Part shown: one piece after another, positions 34,702 through 44,495 of the stretch
How the letters are laid out: each line of letters starts with the position of its first letter
Position numbering within the stretch: the stretch's first letter is position 1
NCBI GenBank assembly: GCA_965370435.1
Contig: CBDUUP010000001.1
Span: 1 to 53,975, forward strand
Reading direction: 5' to 3'
Origin: an uncultured Anaerolineales bacterium
Lineage (GTDB): Bacteria > Chloroflexota > Anaerolineae > Anaerolineales > UBA11579
Length of the DNA stretch: 53,975 nucleotides
Program-made: the position numbers and the translations under genes
The notes under the pieces: generated by a model
What the model saw: only the letters and a program-made list of their open reading frames with translations
What the model was told of the DNA's origin: nothing
The model's database searches: none

Positions 34702-36261
34702 TTAGCCAAACAGCATCCGCATGGCCTTGTTGATCACGTCCAGCAGCCAGACCGGCCACACGCCCAGCCACAGCATCAGGGCCATCAGCGGGGCGACCAC
34801 CCAAATCTCTCGGGTGTTGATCTCGCTCAGTTTTCCGACCCATTTCTCGTTCAGGGGGCCGTGGATGGTCTTGCCGATCCCCTTGAGAATGTACGCGCCG
34901 GTGAAGAGCAGACCGATCATGCTCAGGGCGGTGTAGACGGGGAAGATGTCCCAGGAACCTCGCACCACCAGGAACTCGGAGACGAAGCCGTTCAGCCCCG
35001 GCAAGCCCAGCGAGGCCATCGAGACGAAGATCAGGATGCCGCCGTACTTGGGTATCAGGGGGAACAGGCCGCCCATCTCCTCCAGGTTGCGGGTGTGGGT
35101 GCGTTCGTAGATCACGCCCACCAGGAAGAACATCCCCGCCGCCGAGAGGCCGTGGTTGAACATCTGCAAGACGGCTCCGTTGAGGGCGATGGTGGCGCTT
35201 GGCGTGCCAATCGCTTTGGCCGCCGCGGCGATGCCCAGCAGCACAAAGCCCATGTGGTTGACCGAGGAATAGGCCACCAGCCGCTTGAAGTCCTTCTGCC
35301 CGTAGGCGGCGAAGGCCCCGAAGATGATGGCCATGGTCGCCAGGAAAGCCAAGGCTCCGGCGTAATTGGCCGCTTGCTCCGGGTATAAGGGCAGCACGAA
35401 GCGCAGGAAGCCATAGCCGCCCAACTTCAGCAGCACGCCCGCCAGGATCATAGACCCGGCGGTGGGCGCTTCGGTGTGGGCGTCGGGCAGCCAGGTGTGG
35501 AAAGGCCACACCGGCACCTTGATGGCAAATGCGATGGCAAAAGCCCAGAAAGCCACCGCCTTCACTGTCTCAATGGGAACGTTCAGGGGGATGTTGGCAA
35601 GCTCGGTGAGGGACGGCCAAATGGTCAGCAGCTTAGGGATGTCATAGGTTTGGGAGGCTACGCCGATCAACTGGATCGCCAGCAGCAGTCCCAACGACCC
35701 CGCCATGGTGATGACCATGAACTTGAAGGAAGCATAGGTGCGTGCCTTGACCTTCATCCCGCCCCAGAGTTCGCGCTCTCCCTTCTCGCTGCCCCACTGG
35801 TTGATGAGGAAGTACATCGGAACCAGGCCGATCTCCCAGAACACGAAGAAGATCATCAGGTCCAAAGACAAGAAGACGCCCAACATGCCGGTCTCCAGGA
35901 AGAGGAACAGCATCATGTAGGCCTTGATTTTTTCCTCAATGTTGAAGGAAGCGAGGATCGCCACCGGAGTCAGCAGGGTGGTCAGCAAGACCATGGTCAG
36001 AGAGAGGCCGTCCACCCCCAGGTGGAAGGACGAGTTTATCGCCTCGTACCAGACCGCCTGCACCTCAAACTGGAAGCCCTCCTGGTTGGCGTCGAAGCCG
36101 AACCACAATACCAACGCCAACGCCAGCGGGAGCAGGCTGAGGACGAAGGCCGCCCAGCGGATCAGTTTCTTCTCTCCGCCCGGCAGGAACAGCAGAGCCA
36201 ACGCCGCCAGGGAAGGAAGGAACAAGATCAACGTGAGCAAATTATTCTCGATGAATTCCAT
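34702..36261 (-). CDS. nuoM: second NuoM-type antiporter-like subunit
   Basis: 519 aa with HLGVDGLSLTMVLLT and FFVFWEIGLVPMYFLI. It is clearly M-type, not L or N. Confidence 0.82.
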   Translation of the reverse strand: MEFIENNLLTLILFLPSLAALALLFLPGGEKKLIRWAAFVLSLLPLALALVLWFGFDANQEGFQFEVQAVWYEAINSSFHLGVDGLSLTMVLLTTLLTPVAILASFNIEEKIKAYMMLFLFLETGMLGVFLSLDLMIFFVFWEIGLVPMYFLINQWGSEKGERELWGGMKVKARTYASFKFMVITMAGSLGLLLAIQLIGVASQTYDIPKLLTIWPSLTELANIPLNVPIETVKAVAFWAFAIAFAIKVPVWPFHTWLPDAHTEAPTAGSMILAGVLLKLGGYGFLRFVLPLYPEQAANYAGALAFLATMAIIFGAFAAYGQKDFKRLVAYSSVNHMGFVLLGIAAAAKAIGTPSATIALNGAVLQMFNHGLSAAGMFFLVGVIYERTHTRNLEEMGGLFPLIPKYGGILIFVSMASLGLPGLNGFVSEFLVVRGSWDIFPVYTALSMIGLLFTGAYILKGIGKTIHGPLNEKWVGKLSEINTREIWVVAPLMALMLWLGVWPVWLLDVINKAMRMLFG

Positions 36262-36285
36262 CTATTCGCTCCAAATCTCGCCGGT

Positions 36286-38481
36286 CTATTGCAAGACCAG
36301 CAGGTAATAAATCAGCGTGCTGAGGGCCACGCCCAGCGCGATCAGCATGTACTGCTGGACCAGCCCGGTTTGGATCACTTTGATACCGCGTCCCACCCAT
36401 CGGGTGGCATTGGCGACGAAATCGCCAAAGCCGTTGATGATGGGCGCGTCAATGTAATTGCGTAACAAGCCGCCAATGCTGTACATCACTCTGGAGAACC
36501 CGTGCAGGATACCGTCAATGATCCCCCGGTCCATAAAGAGATAGGTGAAGGTCTCGGAGAACCACATCGCCGGGCGGACGAAGATCAAATCGTACAATTC
36601 GTCGAAGTAGTACTTGTTCTGGAACAGGGTGTATACCGGGCCGAGGACGCGCTGGAGGGGGTCTTTCTGGTCGGCTTTCTTGACGTTCCGGTAGACCAGC
36701 CAGCCCAAGAACAACCCGCCCAGAGCGACGCCTAAGGAGGTAATCAGCGGAATATAGCTGAATTCCACCCCCTCAAGATGACCTACCAACGTCGCGCCCA
36801 CAAAATCGTGGAACCAGTTGGGCAGCAGTCCGCCAATAACAGGGAAATGCTCCGGGATGCCCACCCACCCCGCGCCGATGGCGAATACCGCCAGCACCAC
36901 CAGCGGGAGCGTCATCGTCCAGGGGGTTTCGTGGGCGTGTTCGGCCTCTTTCGTGCGGGGTTCGCCCAAGAAGGTCAGCGTGATCTGGCGCATGGTGTAG
37001 AAGGCAGTCAACAAGGCCGCCAAGGCCAGGGTGATGAACACCGCGGTTTGCCCGTGCCCCCAGGCATCCGCCAGAATCTCGTCCTTGGACCAGAAACCGG
37101 CCGTCAGCACCGGGAAGCCGGAGAGCGCAAACCCGCCGATCAAGAAAGTCCAGAAGGTGATGGGCATTTTCTTGCGCAGGCCGCCCATATTGAACATGTC
37201 CTGGGAGTCTACGTCGTGGTCGCCGGTGTGCAGTACGCCATGCTCCACCCCTTGGATCACCGAACCCGATCCCAGGAACAACAACGCCTTGAAGAACGCG
37301 TGGGTCACCAGGTGGAAGGCGGCGGCGATGTAAGCGCCGATGCCCAGCGCGGCCACCATGAAGCCCAACTGGGAGATGGTCGAATAGGCCAGCACCCGTT
37401 TGATGTCGTTCTGCGCCAGGGCGATGGTGGCGGCGAATATAGCCGTGAGCGCGCCGATGAAGGCCATCGCCATCATAGCAGTGGTCGGTTCACCGTGCTC
37501 CATACCCGCCGAGAGCAGCGGGAACATGCGGATGACCATATACACGCCCGCCGAGACCATCGTGGCGGCGTGGATCATGGCCGAAACAGGGGTGGGGCCT
37601 TCCATAGCGTCGGGCAGCCAGACGTGCAGCGGCCACTGGGCCGACTTGCCCACCGTGCCGATGAAGAGCAGCAGCCCGATCAACCCGGCAGCCGTGAGAC
37701 CCAGGAAACCTGAGTCGATGCCAACCAGAGTTTCGAGCATGGCGCCGTGATCCGCGTACATAATCTCGCGGAAATTGAGCGTACCCGTCTTCGTATATAA
37801 GTAGGCGATGCCCAACAGCATGAACACGTCGCCCACCCGGGTGGTGATGAAGGCTTTGACCATCGCAGCCTTGGCCGTTTTCTTGCCGTACCAAAACCCG
37901 ATCAGCAGGTAGGAGCACAACCCCATGATCTCCCAGCCCACGAAAAGGGTCAGCAGGTTATCGGAGACCACCAGAGTGTACATACCGGTGGCAAACAGGG
38001 CGATGAAGGCGAAGAAGCGTGAATACATCGGCTCGACGGAGGGGACGGTGTGCTTGCGGCCCTCCTCGTCGGTGACGGTGGCGCCGTGGGGGGGGAGACC
38101 GTGTTTATCGTGGTCGCCTTCCGGTTGGCCGAAGTTGTGATAGCCGACGCTGTAGACGAAGATCATCAGCACCGTCCAGGACACGAAAAACAAAACCACC
38201 GCCGAGAGCGGGTCGATCATCACCCCGATGTTGAGCCAAGTCTCGCCGGTGGGCAGCCAATAGGTGGAAGAGGTGAAGGGTTCGTGCCCCAAATCTGTCG
38301 CGCCTTTCACCACGGCCTGCCAGAAGACGAACATGCCGCCCGCCCAGGAGAGCAGCGCCGCGCCCACCGCGATGGTGTGGCTGAGGGCTTTGTTCCGGTT
38401 GGTGAACAGCACGATCAAGAAGAAGGCCGCCAGCGGAAACGCCGGGATGAGCCAGATTATCAGTTCAGGTTTTATTGTCAT
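36286..38481 (-). CDS. nuoL: NADH-quinone oxidoreductase subunit L (long form, 731 aa)
   Basis: An L-type N-terminus and a C-terminal lateral-helix region. An extra hydrophilic loop reads HNFGQPEGDHDKHGLPPHGATVTDEEGRKHTVPSVEP. Confidence 0.88.
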   Translation of the reverse strand: MTIKPELIIWLIPAFPLAAFFLIVLFTNRNKALSHTIAVGAALLSWAGGMFVFWQAVVKGATDLGHEPFTSSTYWLPTGETWLNIGVMIDPLSAVVLFFVSWTVLMIFVYSVGYHNFGQPEGDHDKHGLPPHGATVTDEEGRKHTVPSVEPMYSRFFAFIALFATGMYTLVVSDNLLTLFVGWEIMGLCSYLLIGFWYGKKTAKAAMVKAFITTRVGDVFMLLGIAYLYTKTGTLNFREIMYADHGAMLETLVGIDSGFLGLTAAGLIGLLLFIGTVGKSAQWPLHVWLPDAMEGPTPVSAMIHAATMVSAGVYMVIRMFPLLSAGMEHGEPTTAMMAMAFIGALTAIFAATIALAQNDIKRVLAYSTISQLGFMVAALGIGAYIAAAFHLVTHAFFKALLFLGSGSVIQGVEHGVLHTGDHDVDSQDMFNMGGLRKKMPITFWTFLIGGFALSGFPVLTAGFWSKDEILADAWGHGQTAVFITLALAALLTAFYTMRQITLTFLGEPRTKEAEHAHETPWTMTLPLVVLAVFAIGAGWVGIPEHFPVIGGLLPNWFHDFVGATLVGHLEGVEFSYIPLITSLGVALGGLFLGWLVYRNVKKADQKDPLQRVLGPVYTLFQNKYYFDELYDLIFVRPAMWFSETFTYLFMDRGIIDGILHGFSRVMYSIGGLLRNYIDAPIINGFGDFVANATRWVGRGIKVIQTGLVQQYMLIALGVALSTLIYYLLVLQ

Positions 38482-38497
38482 GCAATACCTCTTTAAT

Positions 38498-38532
38498 GCG
38501 TTGAACGTTTAAACGTTTTAACGTTCTAACGC
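38498..38532. repeat. AACGTT tile patch (A4) inside the nuo operon
   Basis: gcgttgaacgtttaaacgttttaacgttctaacgc carries three AACGTT copies. It is an imperfect palindrome. Confidence 0.7.
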
Positions 38533-38534
38533 AC

Positions 38535-38843
38535 TTACCATTTCATGAGGTCAACTTCATCCGCGGCCACGGTTGTGCGGCGGCGGTAAAGGGAGATCAC
38601 CAGGGCCAAGCCCACCGCCACCTCCGCCGCAGCCACGGCGAATACGATGATGGCGAATGCCTGCCCGGAGACCTCTTCGGGAGCCAGGTAGCGCCAGAAG
38701 GCCACCAGGTTGACATTGACCGCGTTGAGCATCAATTCGATGCCCATCAGGACGGCGATGATGTTCTTGCGGGCCAGCACGCCGTACAGCCCTACACAGA
38801 ACAACGCCGCCGCTAAAATGAGATACCAGGAAAGTGGGATCAT
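38535..38843 (-). CDS. nuoK: NADH-quinone oxidoreductase subunit K
   Basis: 102 aa, three TM helices, LMGIELMLNAVN motif. Confidence 0.9.
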   Translation of the reverse strand: MIPLSWYLILAAALFCVGLYGVLARKNIIAVLMGIELMLNAVNVNLVAFWRYLAPEEVSGQAFAIIVFAVAAAEVAVGLALVISLYRRRTTVAADEVDLMKW

Positions 38844-38855
38844 ATCGTCTCCTAC

Positions 38856-39371
38856 CTACTCGCGTTCCCAGGCCACGTAAATGGCCCCGATCATGGCGGC
38901 TACCAACAGCACCGATGCCACCTCGAAGGGGATCACGTAGCCCTGAGTCGAAACCAGCGCCGCGCCCAGTTCTCTCAGGGTGTCGGTAGCGGGGTCCAGG
39001 TCGGGCAATTCGGTCTGAAATCCGGGCCAGGAAGCCAGTATCCAGAGGATGCCGCCCAGGGTGAGGGTCGAGAACAAGGCCGCCAGGGGCCAGTTCCGGT
39101 TTTGCTGGGGGCCGCTGTCCTTCATCACCCGGCGGGTGAGCATGATGGCGAAAAGCATCAAGATGGAGATGGCCCCGATGTAGACCACGATCTGCACCAT
39201 CGCCAGGAAGGAGGCGTTGAGCAGCACGTAGACCACCGAGATGCCGAACAAGGCGGCGATCAAATAAAGGGCCGCGTGCACCAGGTTGCGGGAGGTCACC
39301 ACCATTATGGCGCATCCCACGGTGGCCGCCGCGGCAATGATGAAAACTATCTGTAAAGGAGTCATACGCAA
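38856..39371 (-). CDS. nuoJ: NADH-quinone oxidoreductase subunit J
   Basis: 171 aa with a typical NuoJ N-terminal TM bundle. Confidence 0.85.
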   Translation of the reverse strand: MRMTPLQIVFIIAAAATVGCAIMVVTSRNLVHAALYLIAALFGISVVYVLLNASFLAMVQIVVYIGAISILMLFAIMLTRRVMKDSGPQQNRNWPLAALFSTLTLGGILWILASWPGFQTELPDLDPATDTLRELGAALVSTQGYVIPFEVASVLLVAAMIGAIYVAWERE

Positions 39372-39387
39372 TATCCTTGAAAGGAGT

Positions 39388-40608
39388 TTATTCCGCCGGT
39401 TGAGCGGGAGGGCGGGCTTCGGGCTTCGGTTCGCCCACCACCTGCACGGTCTTGCGATGGCGGCGGGAGAAGTCCCGCAGGAATTCCAGGGTGATCCAGC
39501 CCAAAACCAGGTTCACGCCCAGGTGGGTGAGAACTCGGGTGAGGGCCGGCGCGTCGCCCACAAACTGCTCCACAATAGCGGTCACCATCAAGATGACCAG
39601 CATGAGGGGGGTGAGGAACTTCCAATTGATGTTCAGCATTTGGTCAATGCGGACCCGAGGGAAGGTGGTGCGGATGAGCATAATCAAGTAGGCCAAGAGA
39701 AAAGACTTGAGGCCCAAATAGAAGATGCCCAGAATGGGATAGGCCTCCGCGCCGGGGCCTTGCCAACCGCCGAAGAACAAGGTGGCCGAAAGGATACCGG
39801 CGGTGAAAGCGTGCAGGAACTCGCTGACCATGAACATGCCCCACTTCATCCCGGAGTATTCAATGTTGAAACCGGCCACGATCTCCGAGTCAGCCTCCAG
39901 CAGGTCGAAGGGCGCGCGTCCCACCTCGGCCATATTGCTGATAAAGAAAATCACCGCCGCTAAGGGGGCGATGGCGACGAACCATACGCCCTGAGCCTCC
40001 ACGATGGCATGCACGCCCATCGAGCGGGCCAGCAGCACCGCCACCAGGATCGCCAGGATCATGGGTATTTCATAAGACACCAGTTGGGCCACTGCCCGGA
40101 AAGCGCCCAGCAAGGCGTACTTGTTATTGGAGGACCAACCGGCCATCAAAATAGACAAGATGCCGAAGGATCCCACTGCGATCAGGTATAGCACGCCGAC
40201 GTTGAGGTCGGCTCCCACCAGGGTTTTCGCAAAGGGGATCACCGCCCAGAGCAGCAGCACCGAGGCCAGGGCCATCAGCGGGGCCAGGTTGTAGACGAAC
40301 TTGTCCACGCCGTCGGGGGTGATGAGTTCTTTGGTGGTGATCTTGACCATGTCGGCGAAACTCTGCAAGATGCCAAATTTCCCGGCCCGGTTGGGACCGA
40401 ACCGGTCCTGGATGCGGGCGGCGATCTTACGTTCCAGCCAGAGGACGAAGATCACCACACCCATCGCAGCGGAAGCCACGATCACCACCCCAGCAAATTT
40501 CATGATAAGGATGGTCAACCCCTCCGACAACCCCCAGTCCATCAACAGACCTCGGAACCATTCTGCAATCAATGCCGGGTCACGCAAAAAATCCAGCAGT
40601 AAATCCAT
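39388..40608 (-). CDS. nuoH: NADH-quinone oxidoreductase subunit H
   Basis: ERKIAARIQDRFGPNR, EAQGVWF and GRAPFDLLEADSEIVAGFNIEYSG motifs. ATG 40608 follows GGGAGAG. GTG 40641 is the alternative. Confidence 0.9.
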   Translation of the reverse strand: MDLLLDFLRDPALIAEWFRGLLMDWGLSEGLTILIMKFAGVVIVASAAMGVVIFVLWLERKIAARIQDRFGPNRAGKFGILQSFADMVKITTKELITPDGVDKFVYNLAPLMALASVLLLWAVIPFAKTLVGADLNVGVLYLIAVGSFGILSILMAGWSSNNKYALLGAFRAVAQLVSYEIPMILAILVAVLLARSMGVHAIVEAQGVWFVAIAPLAAVIFFISNMAEVGRAPFDLLEADSEIVAGFNIEYSGMKWGMFMVSEFLHAFTAGILSATLFFGGWQGPGAEAYPILGIFYLGLKSFLLAYLIMLIRTTFPRVRIDQMLNINWKFLTPLMLVILMVTAIVEQFVGDAPALTRVLTHLGVNLVLGWITLEFLRDFSRRHRKTVQVVGEPKPEARPPAQPAE

Positions 40609-40704
40609 GGAAACTCTCCCGAAGAGAAATCTTCTTGTCACTTAAGCGTAATAAAAGGCTGAGAAGTTGCCTCATCAGCCTTTTGATCTATTATGCTATC
40701 GGGT

Positions 40705-41061
40705 TTAGAACCACTCCAATGCGCCTTTTCGCCAGGCTGCCAGCAATTCTACGAGCAAGATAAAAATGAATAGAACTCCCGCCAACACCCCGAAGAGGGT
40801 CAACTGGTCGTAAGCGACCGCCCAGGGGAAAAGGAAAACCAATTCCACGTCGAAGATCAAAAAGGTCAGCGCAAAGATGTAATACTGTATCTTGAACTGT
40901 ATCCAAGCATCCCCGACGGTTTCAACCCCGCATTCGTAAGTTTGTGATTTGACCTTATTGGGCTGCTTTGGAGCGACCACAGCGGCCAGCAATATCGGAG
41001 CTAGCGGGAAAGCTAAACCAATCAGAACAAAAATGCCGATGTACAGCCAATTCTCAAGCAT
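40705..41061 (-). CDS. nuoA: NADH-quinone oxidoreductase subunit A
   Basis: 118 aa with YECG and FLIFDVELVFLFPWA motifs. Confidence 0.9.
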   Translation of the reverse strand: MLENWLYIGIFVLIGLAFPLAPILLAAVVAPKQPNKVKSQTYECGVETVGDAWIQFKIQYYIFALTFLIFDVELVFLFPWAVAYDQLTLFGVLAGVLFIFILLVELLAAWRKGALEWF

Positions 41062-41456
41062 AATGCGCCTCAGAAATCAGATTTACTAACATTGAACCAG
41101 AGTCTTACCCTGGATAGTATTATACATAGTAAAATTTGTAATAAAAACAACAGCGGGCAAGATTTTACCACATATCAACCTGATTGTGTGAACTCCCGCA
41201 ATCAGCCAATAGTTTTTCTCCCGCAGGTTTAGCCGAAATGGGCTTATTTCAGCGCCATGCCTGGTAAAATCGGACCGGTTTAATCAAGGTACTACCTGCG
41301 GCAGGTTCGACAGTACAACGCTTGCACACCGCGCAATCACATTAATAAATGTTAAGGATACCGCTTTGCCCATGGTTCCATGCTAAACTTAAGAACCCCA
41401 AAATACTCGCATCGTCGCGTGCTTGTTAAAGGAAGACGATATTCCCAGAGGTCGAT

Positions 41457-43931
41457 ATGTCTATTAGCTCTCTAAATAATGCCAACTCCACCCGTTGGTG
41501 GGACCGCCTGGCGGCCTTCATTTTCTTGGCAGTCGCCTTATCCGCTGCCGCCCGCCTGGTCGCCACCCATTGGACCGAACATCTGGAGCTGGTCTACACC
41601 CTGACCATCCTGGGGACTCTGGCCGGGCTGGCTATCGGGAGAAGCAGCTTCTCCCCCCAACTGGCCGCCGGATTCAGCCTGGCCTACGGCCTTTTCGCCA
41701 TCCCTTGGCAGGTCGGCCTCACCCTGGGCGACGGTTATTCGTGGACCGCCCGCCTGGTAAGCCTCTTGGGGCGCTTGAGCTACTCCGCGGCCCAGTTCAT
41801 CAGAAAAGAGCACGTCACCGACCCGCTGCTCTTTCTGCTGTTGATGGCCCTCATCTATTGGACGTTGAGCGTGTTTGGCGGATATACCCTGGTGCGCCAC
41901 GGCCACGCCTGGCGGGCCACCCTGCCCATCGGCTTGACCCTGGTCATCTTGCACACCTACGATTTCATGCTCCCCCGGCGGGCCTGGTATCTGGCCAGCT
42001 TCCTTTTCTTTGCCTTGATGCTGGTGGCCCGGGTGGCCTTCGTCCGCAACCAGGTCGAATGGAAAAAACACCGCACCCACCTGCCCATCTACATAGGCTT
42101 CGACCTGACCAAGGCCACCGTGCTGGCCGCCCTGCTGCTCATCTTCATTTCCTGGGGCGCGCCGGCCATAGCCGCCACTTTGCCCCCCGCCGCCGAAGCC
42201 TGGGAGACCCTCACCGAACCCTGGGTGAAACTGCGCGACCGCCTGGGGAAAATGTTCACATCCTTGCAGGTGTCGGTAGGAGTGGTGAACGACTATTACG
42301 GCGAGAGTCTGGCTCTGGGACGGGGCAACGATCTCTCCGACTTCATAGTGCTGACCGTTGAAGCGCCCCGGCCGCCTTCCAACGTGCGGTACTATTGGCG
42401 CTTGCGCACTTACGACTTCTACGACAACAACCAATGGAGCAGCACGCTCCCCGACCTGGCCAACGTGCTCCCCTCCAGTGAAAACATGGGCTTCACCGCC
42501 CCGCCGCCGATGGAAGGCCGCTGGGAAGCCGAATTCATCTTCACCGTGGGCACCTCCATCACCATCCTTTACACCCCCAACCAACCCCTATGGGTGGAAA
42601 TTCCCGCCGAAGCCCACCTAGCTTACAACTCCGACGGGTCTGTCGATCTGAACACATTGAAGGCCTACACGACCTTGTATCCAGGCGCAACCTACAAGGT
42701 CGCCGCCTCGATCACCAACGCATCCGTCAACCAACTCCGGGGGGCGGATCCCGAATACCCGGACTGGGTTGTGGATCGCTACCTGGAAGTCCCCGACTCG
42801 GTCTCCGAGCGCACCCTGGAACTGGCCCGCCGGATCACCGAAGGGATGGATAACCCCTACGACATGACCAGCGCCATCACCCAATGGATGCGCGATAACG
42901 TCACCTACGTGGATACTGTGCCCACCCCTCCCGCCGGTCAGGACCACATTGACTGGATGCTCTTCGACCTGAAGCAGGGCTACTGCATGTATTACGCCTC
43001 CGCCGAAATTATCATGCTGCGCTCTCTGGGCATTCCGGCCCGGCTGGCGGTAGGCTACTCCTCCGGCGAACGGACTTTGGGCGTGGAGCTGCTCGCCGAC
43101 GGCGGCGACCGTCCCGGAGGAATTGATCAAATCCCCGACGAATTGGACGAAGGCTCCCTGTCAGAGATGGCCAACAAAGAATTTTACACCGTGCGCCAGA
43201 GCAACGCCCACGCCTGGCCGGAGGTTTACTTCCCCGGCATCGGCTGGGTCGAATTCGAACCCACCGTGAATCAATTTCCTCTCTCCCGGTTTCAAGGCGC
43301 CGCGGAGACCGAAGATCCCCTAAACTCAGAAGACAATACTGAGGCAATCACCGACCGCAACGATGATCCCCTGGATCGTTCCTCCCAGGAAAATGACCTC
43401 GCCGATGAGGTTGCCGCCATGTCCGCAGACTCACCTACCTCCATAGGAACCTGGATCGCCTGGGTCACTCTGGCGCTGGTCTTGATCCTGTCGCCCATCA
43501 TCTGGCAGGTTTTGCGCAGGCGAGGCATGCCCTCCCTCCCGGCGCTTGTGGAGAGCGGGTTGGAGCGCTTCGACGTTGAACCCCCGGAGATCATCCGCCG
43601 GTGGGTGCGTTTTGCCAAACTGCCGCCGCTGGCCAAGGCCTACCAGGAAATGAACCGGGCGCTCAAGCGTCTTGGCTCACCGCCCAAACTCTCCAACACC
43701 CCCGCCGAACGGGCCGCCGCGCTCGCCAGCCTGCTCCCAGAGACCGAAGGGCCGGTCGTCCAGCTCCTCTTGGATGAATATCACACCGGCGTTTTCAGCC
43801 CCCAAGAAGGCAACCTGGAGGTTGCCGCCCGGGCCGGGAACGCTCTCCGCGCCATCTCGTATATGACCCTGATACGGCGCTTCCTCTCCCGCTGGCAGTC
43901 TCCAAAGAAAAAACCGTCTTTCGCCGACTAA
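41457..43931 (+). CDS. transglutaminase-like membrane protein (TgpA/DUF3488-like)
   Basis: A multi-TM N-terminus. The core reads QGYCMYYASAEIIMLRSLGIPARLAVGY and NAHAWPEVYFPGIGWVEFEPT. Confidence 0.8.
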   Translation: MSISSLNNANSTRWWDRLAAFIFLAVALSAAARLVATHWTEHLELVYTLTILGTLAGLAIGRSSFSPQLAAGFSLAYGLFAIPWQVGLTLGDGYSWTARLVSLLGRLSYSAAQFIRKEHVTDPLLFLLLMALIYWTLSVFGGYTLVRHGHAWRATLPIGLTLVILHTYDFMLPRRAWYLASFLFFALMLVARVAFVRNQVEWKKHRTHLPIYIGFDLTKATVLAALLLIFISWGAPAIAATLPPAAEAWETLTEPWVKLRDRLGKMFTSLQVSVGVVNDYYGESLALGRGNDLSDFIVLTVEAPRPPSNVRYYWRLRTYDFYDNNQWSSTLPDLANVLPSSENMGFTAPPPMEGRWEAEFIFTVGTSITILYTPNQPLWVEIPAEAHLAYNSDGSVDLNTLKAYTTLYPGATYKVAASITNASVNQLRGADPEYPDWVVDRYLEVPDSVSERTLELARRITEGMDNPYDMTSAITQWMRDNVTYVDTVPTPPAGQDHIDWMLFDLKQGYCMYYASAEIIMLRSLGIPARLAVGYSSGERTLGVELLADGGDRPGGIDQIPDELDEGSLSEMANKEFYTVRQSNAHAWPEVYFPGIGWVEFEPTVNQFPLSRFQGAAETEDPLNSEDNTEAITDRNDDPLDRSSQENDLADEVAAMSADSPTSIGTWIAWVTLALVLILSPIIWQVLRRRGMPSLPALVESGLERFDVEPPEIIRRWVRFAKLPPLAKAYQEMNRALKRLGSPPKLSNTPAERAAALASLLPETEGPVVQLLLDEYHTGVFSPQEGNLEVAARAGNALRAISYMTLIRRFLSRWQSPKKKPSFAD

Positions 43932-43961
43932 GCCCCTCCAAAACTCCTCTAAACTATCCAT

Positions 43962-43998
43962 CCCCCGGCCCTCTTTCATCATGGCCGGGGGATTTTTT
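43962..43998 (+). terminator. intrinsic terminator
   Basis: cccccggcc pairs with ggccggggg (9-bp stem), followed by aTTTTTT. Confidence 0.7.
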
Positions 43999-44096
43999 AC
44001 AGCGCAGATTTATTCTCAACTCCCCTATCCTGTCATTCCGAGCGCTTCCACTTCGACAAAAGCCCAGTCCTGTGGAGAAGAAACACTCTCCTCTCT

Positions 44097-44129
44097 CGTA
44101 GGGGTGCAGCGTTGCTGCGCCCAGTCACG
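44097..44129. repeat. GC hairpin repeat (D2) cgtaggggtgcagcgttgctgcgcccagtcacg
   Basis: The stem is gcgcagc-gtt-gctgcgc style. Related copies lie at 46318 and 46383. Confidence 0.6.
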
Positions 44130-44261
44130 CGCCAACCCGCGCACAATCACGTCCAAAACCATCACTCTTCTTAGTAGTTCCCCAGAATATCCTCAAATTG
44201 ATGCGCATCATCACAGAGCTTCGCGTGAGCTAAGCCGAACCTTCTTTTTCACATACAGAAG

Positions 44262-44376
44262 ATATGATGCTCTAAAAAAAGAGCCTCAACCGTCTTCCCT
44301 GTGTACTTGGTCCCTGTTTCCCTATATGCCTGTTTACCCGGCCCTTGTGTACTTGTTTACTTTTCCCTTGTCCCCA
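44262..44376. repeat. left inverted arm flanking the cyclase gene (unique core plus CTTGT tiles, B3)
   Basis: atatgatgctctaaaaaaagagcctcaaccgtcttccctg, followed by tiles. The reverse complement of 46275-46313 matches at roughly 85% by eye. Confidence 0.65.
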
Positions 44377-44495
44377 ACGCCCTACAGAACCGCAAGGCAA
44401 TTGAATCCCAGAAACCGCCGCCTTGACGTATAATATGAGTATTGTCAAACTGCTTCCGGCATTGCCTATCCCTTTTCTCCATCAAGAGGTGTTTA

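Noticed and set aside
41062-41456. The 395-bp divergent spacer between nuoA and the transglutaminase-like gene as an sRNA or riboswitch locus. It has a 7-bp hairpin at 41180-41205 and a minus-strand TATAAT at 41119-41124.
   Set aside because: The hairpin is 7 nt away from a short T-run, and the -35 is poor. No recognisable RNA motif is present. It is most simply two divergent promoter regions.
43981-44433. A 150-aa plus-strand ORF between the transglutaminase-like gene and the cyclase gene. Also the N-terminal extensions of ORFs 10829-11398, 12494-13657 and 651-1472.
   Set aside because: They traverse terminators, GC hairpins and tile repeats. Better-supported internal starts with SD sequences exist for the real genes.
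44401-44434. A promoter for the cyclase gene (TTGAAT ... TTGACG directly abutting TATAAT).
   Set aside because: The -10 box is good, but neither -35 candidate has acceptable spacing (22 nt and 0 nt). I did not list it as a feature.
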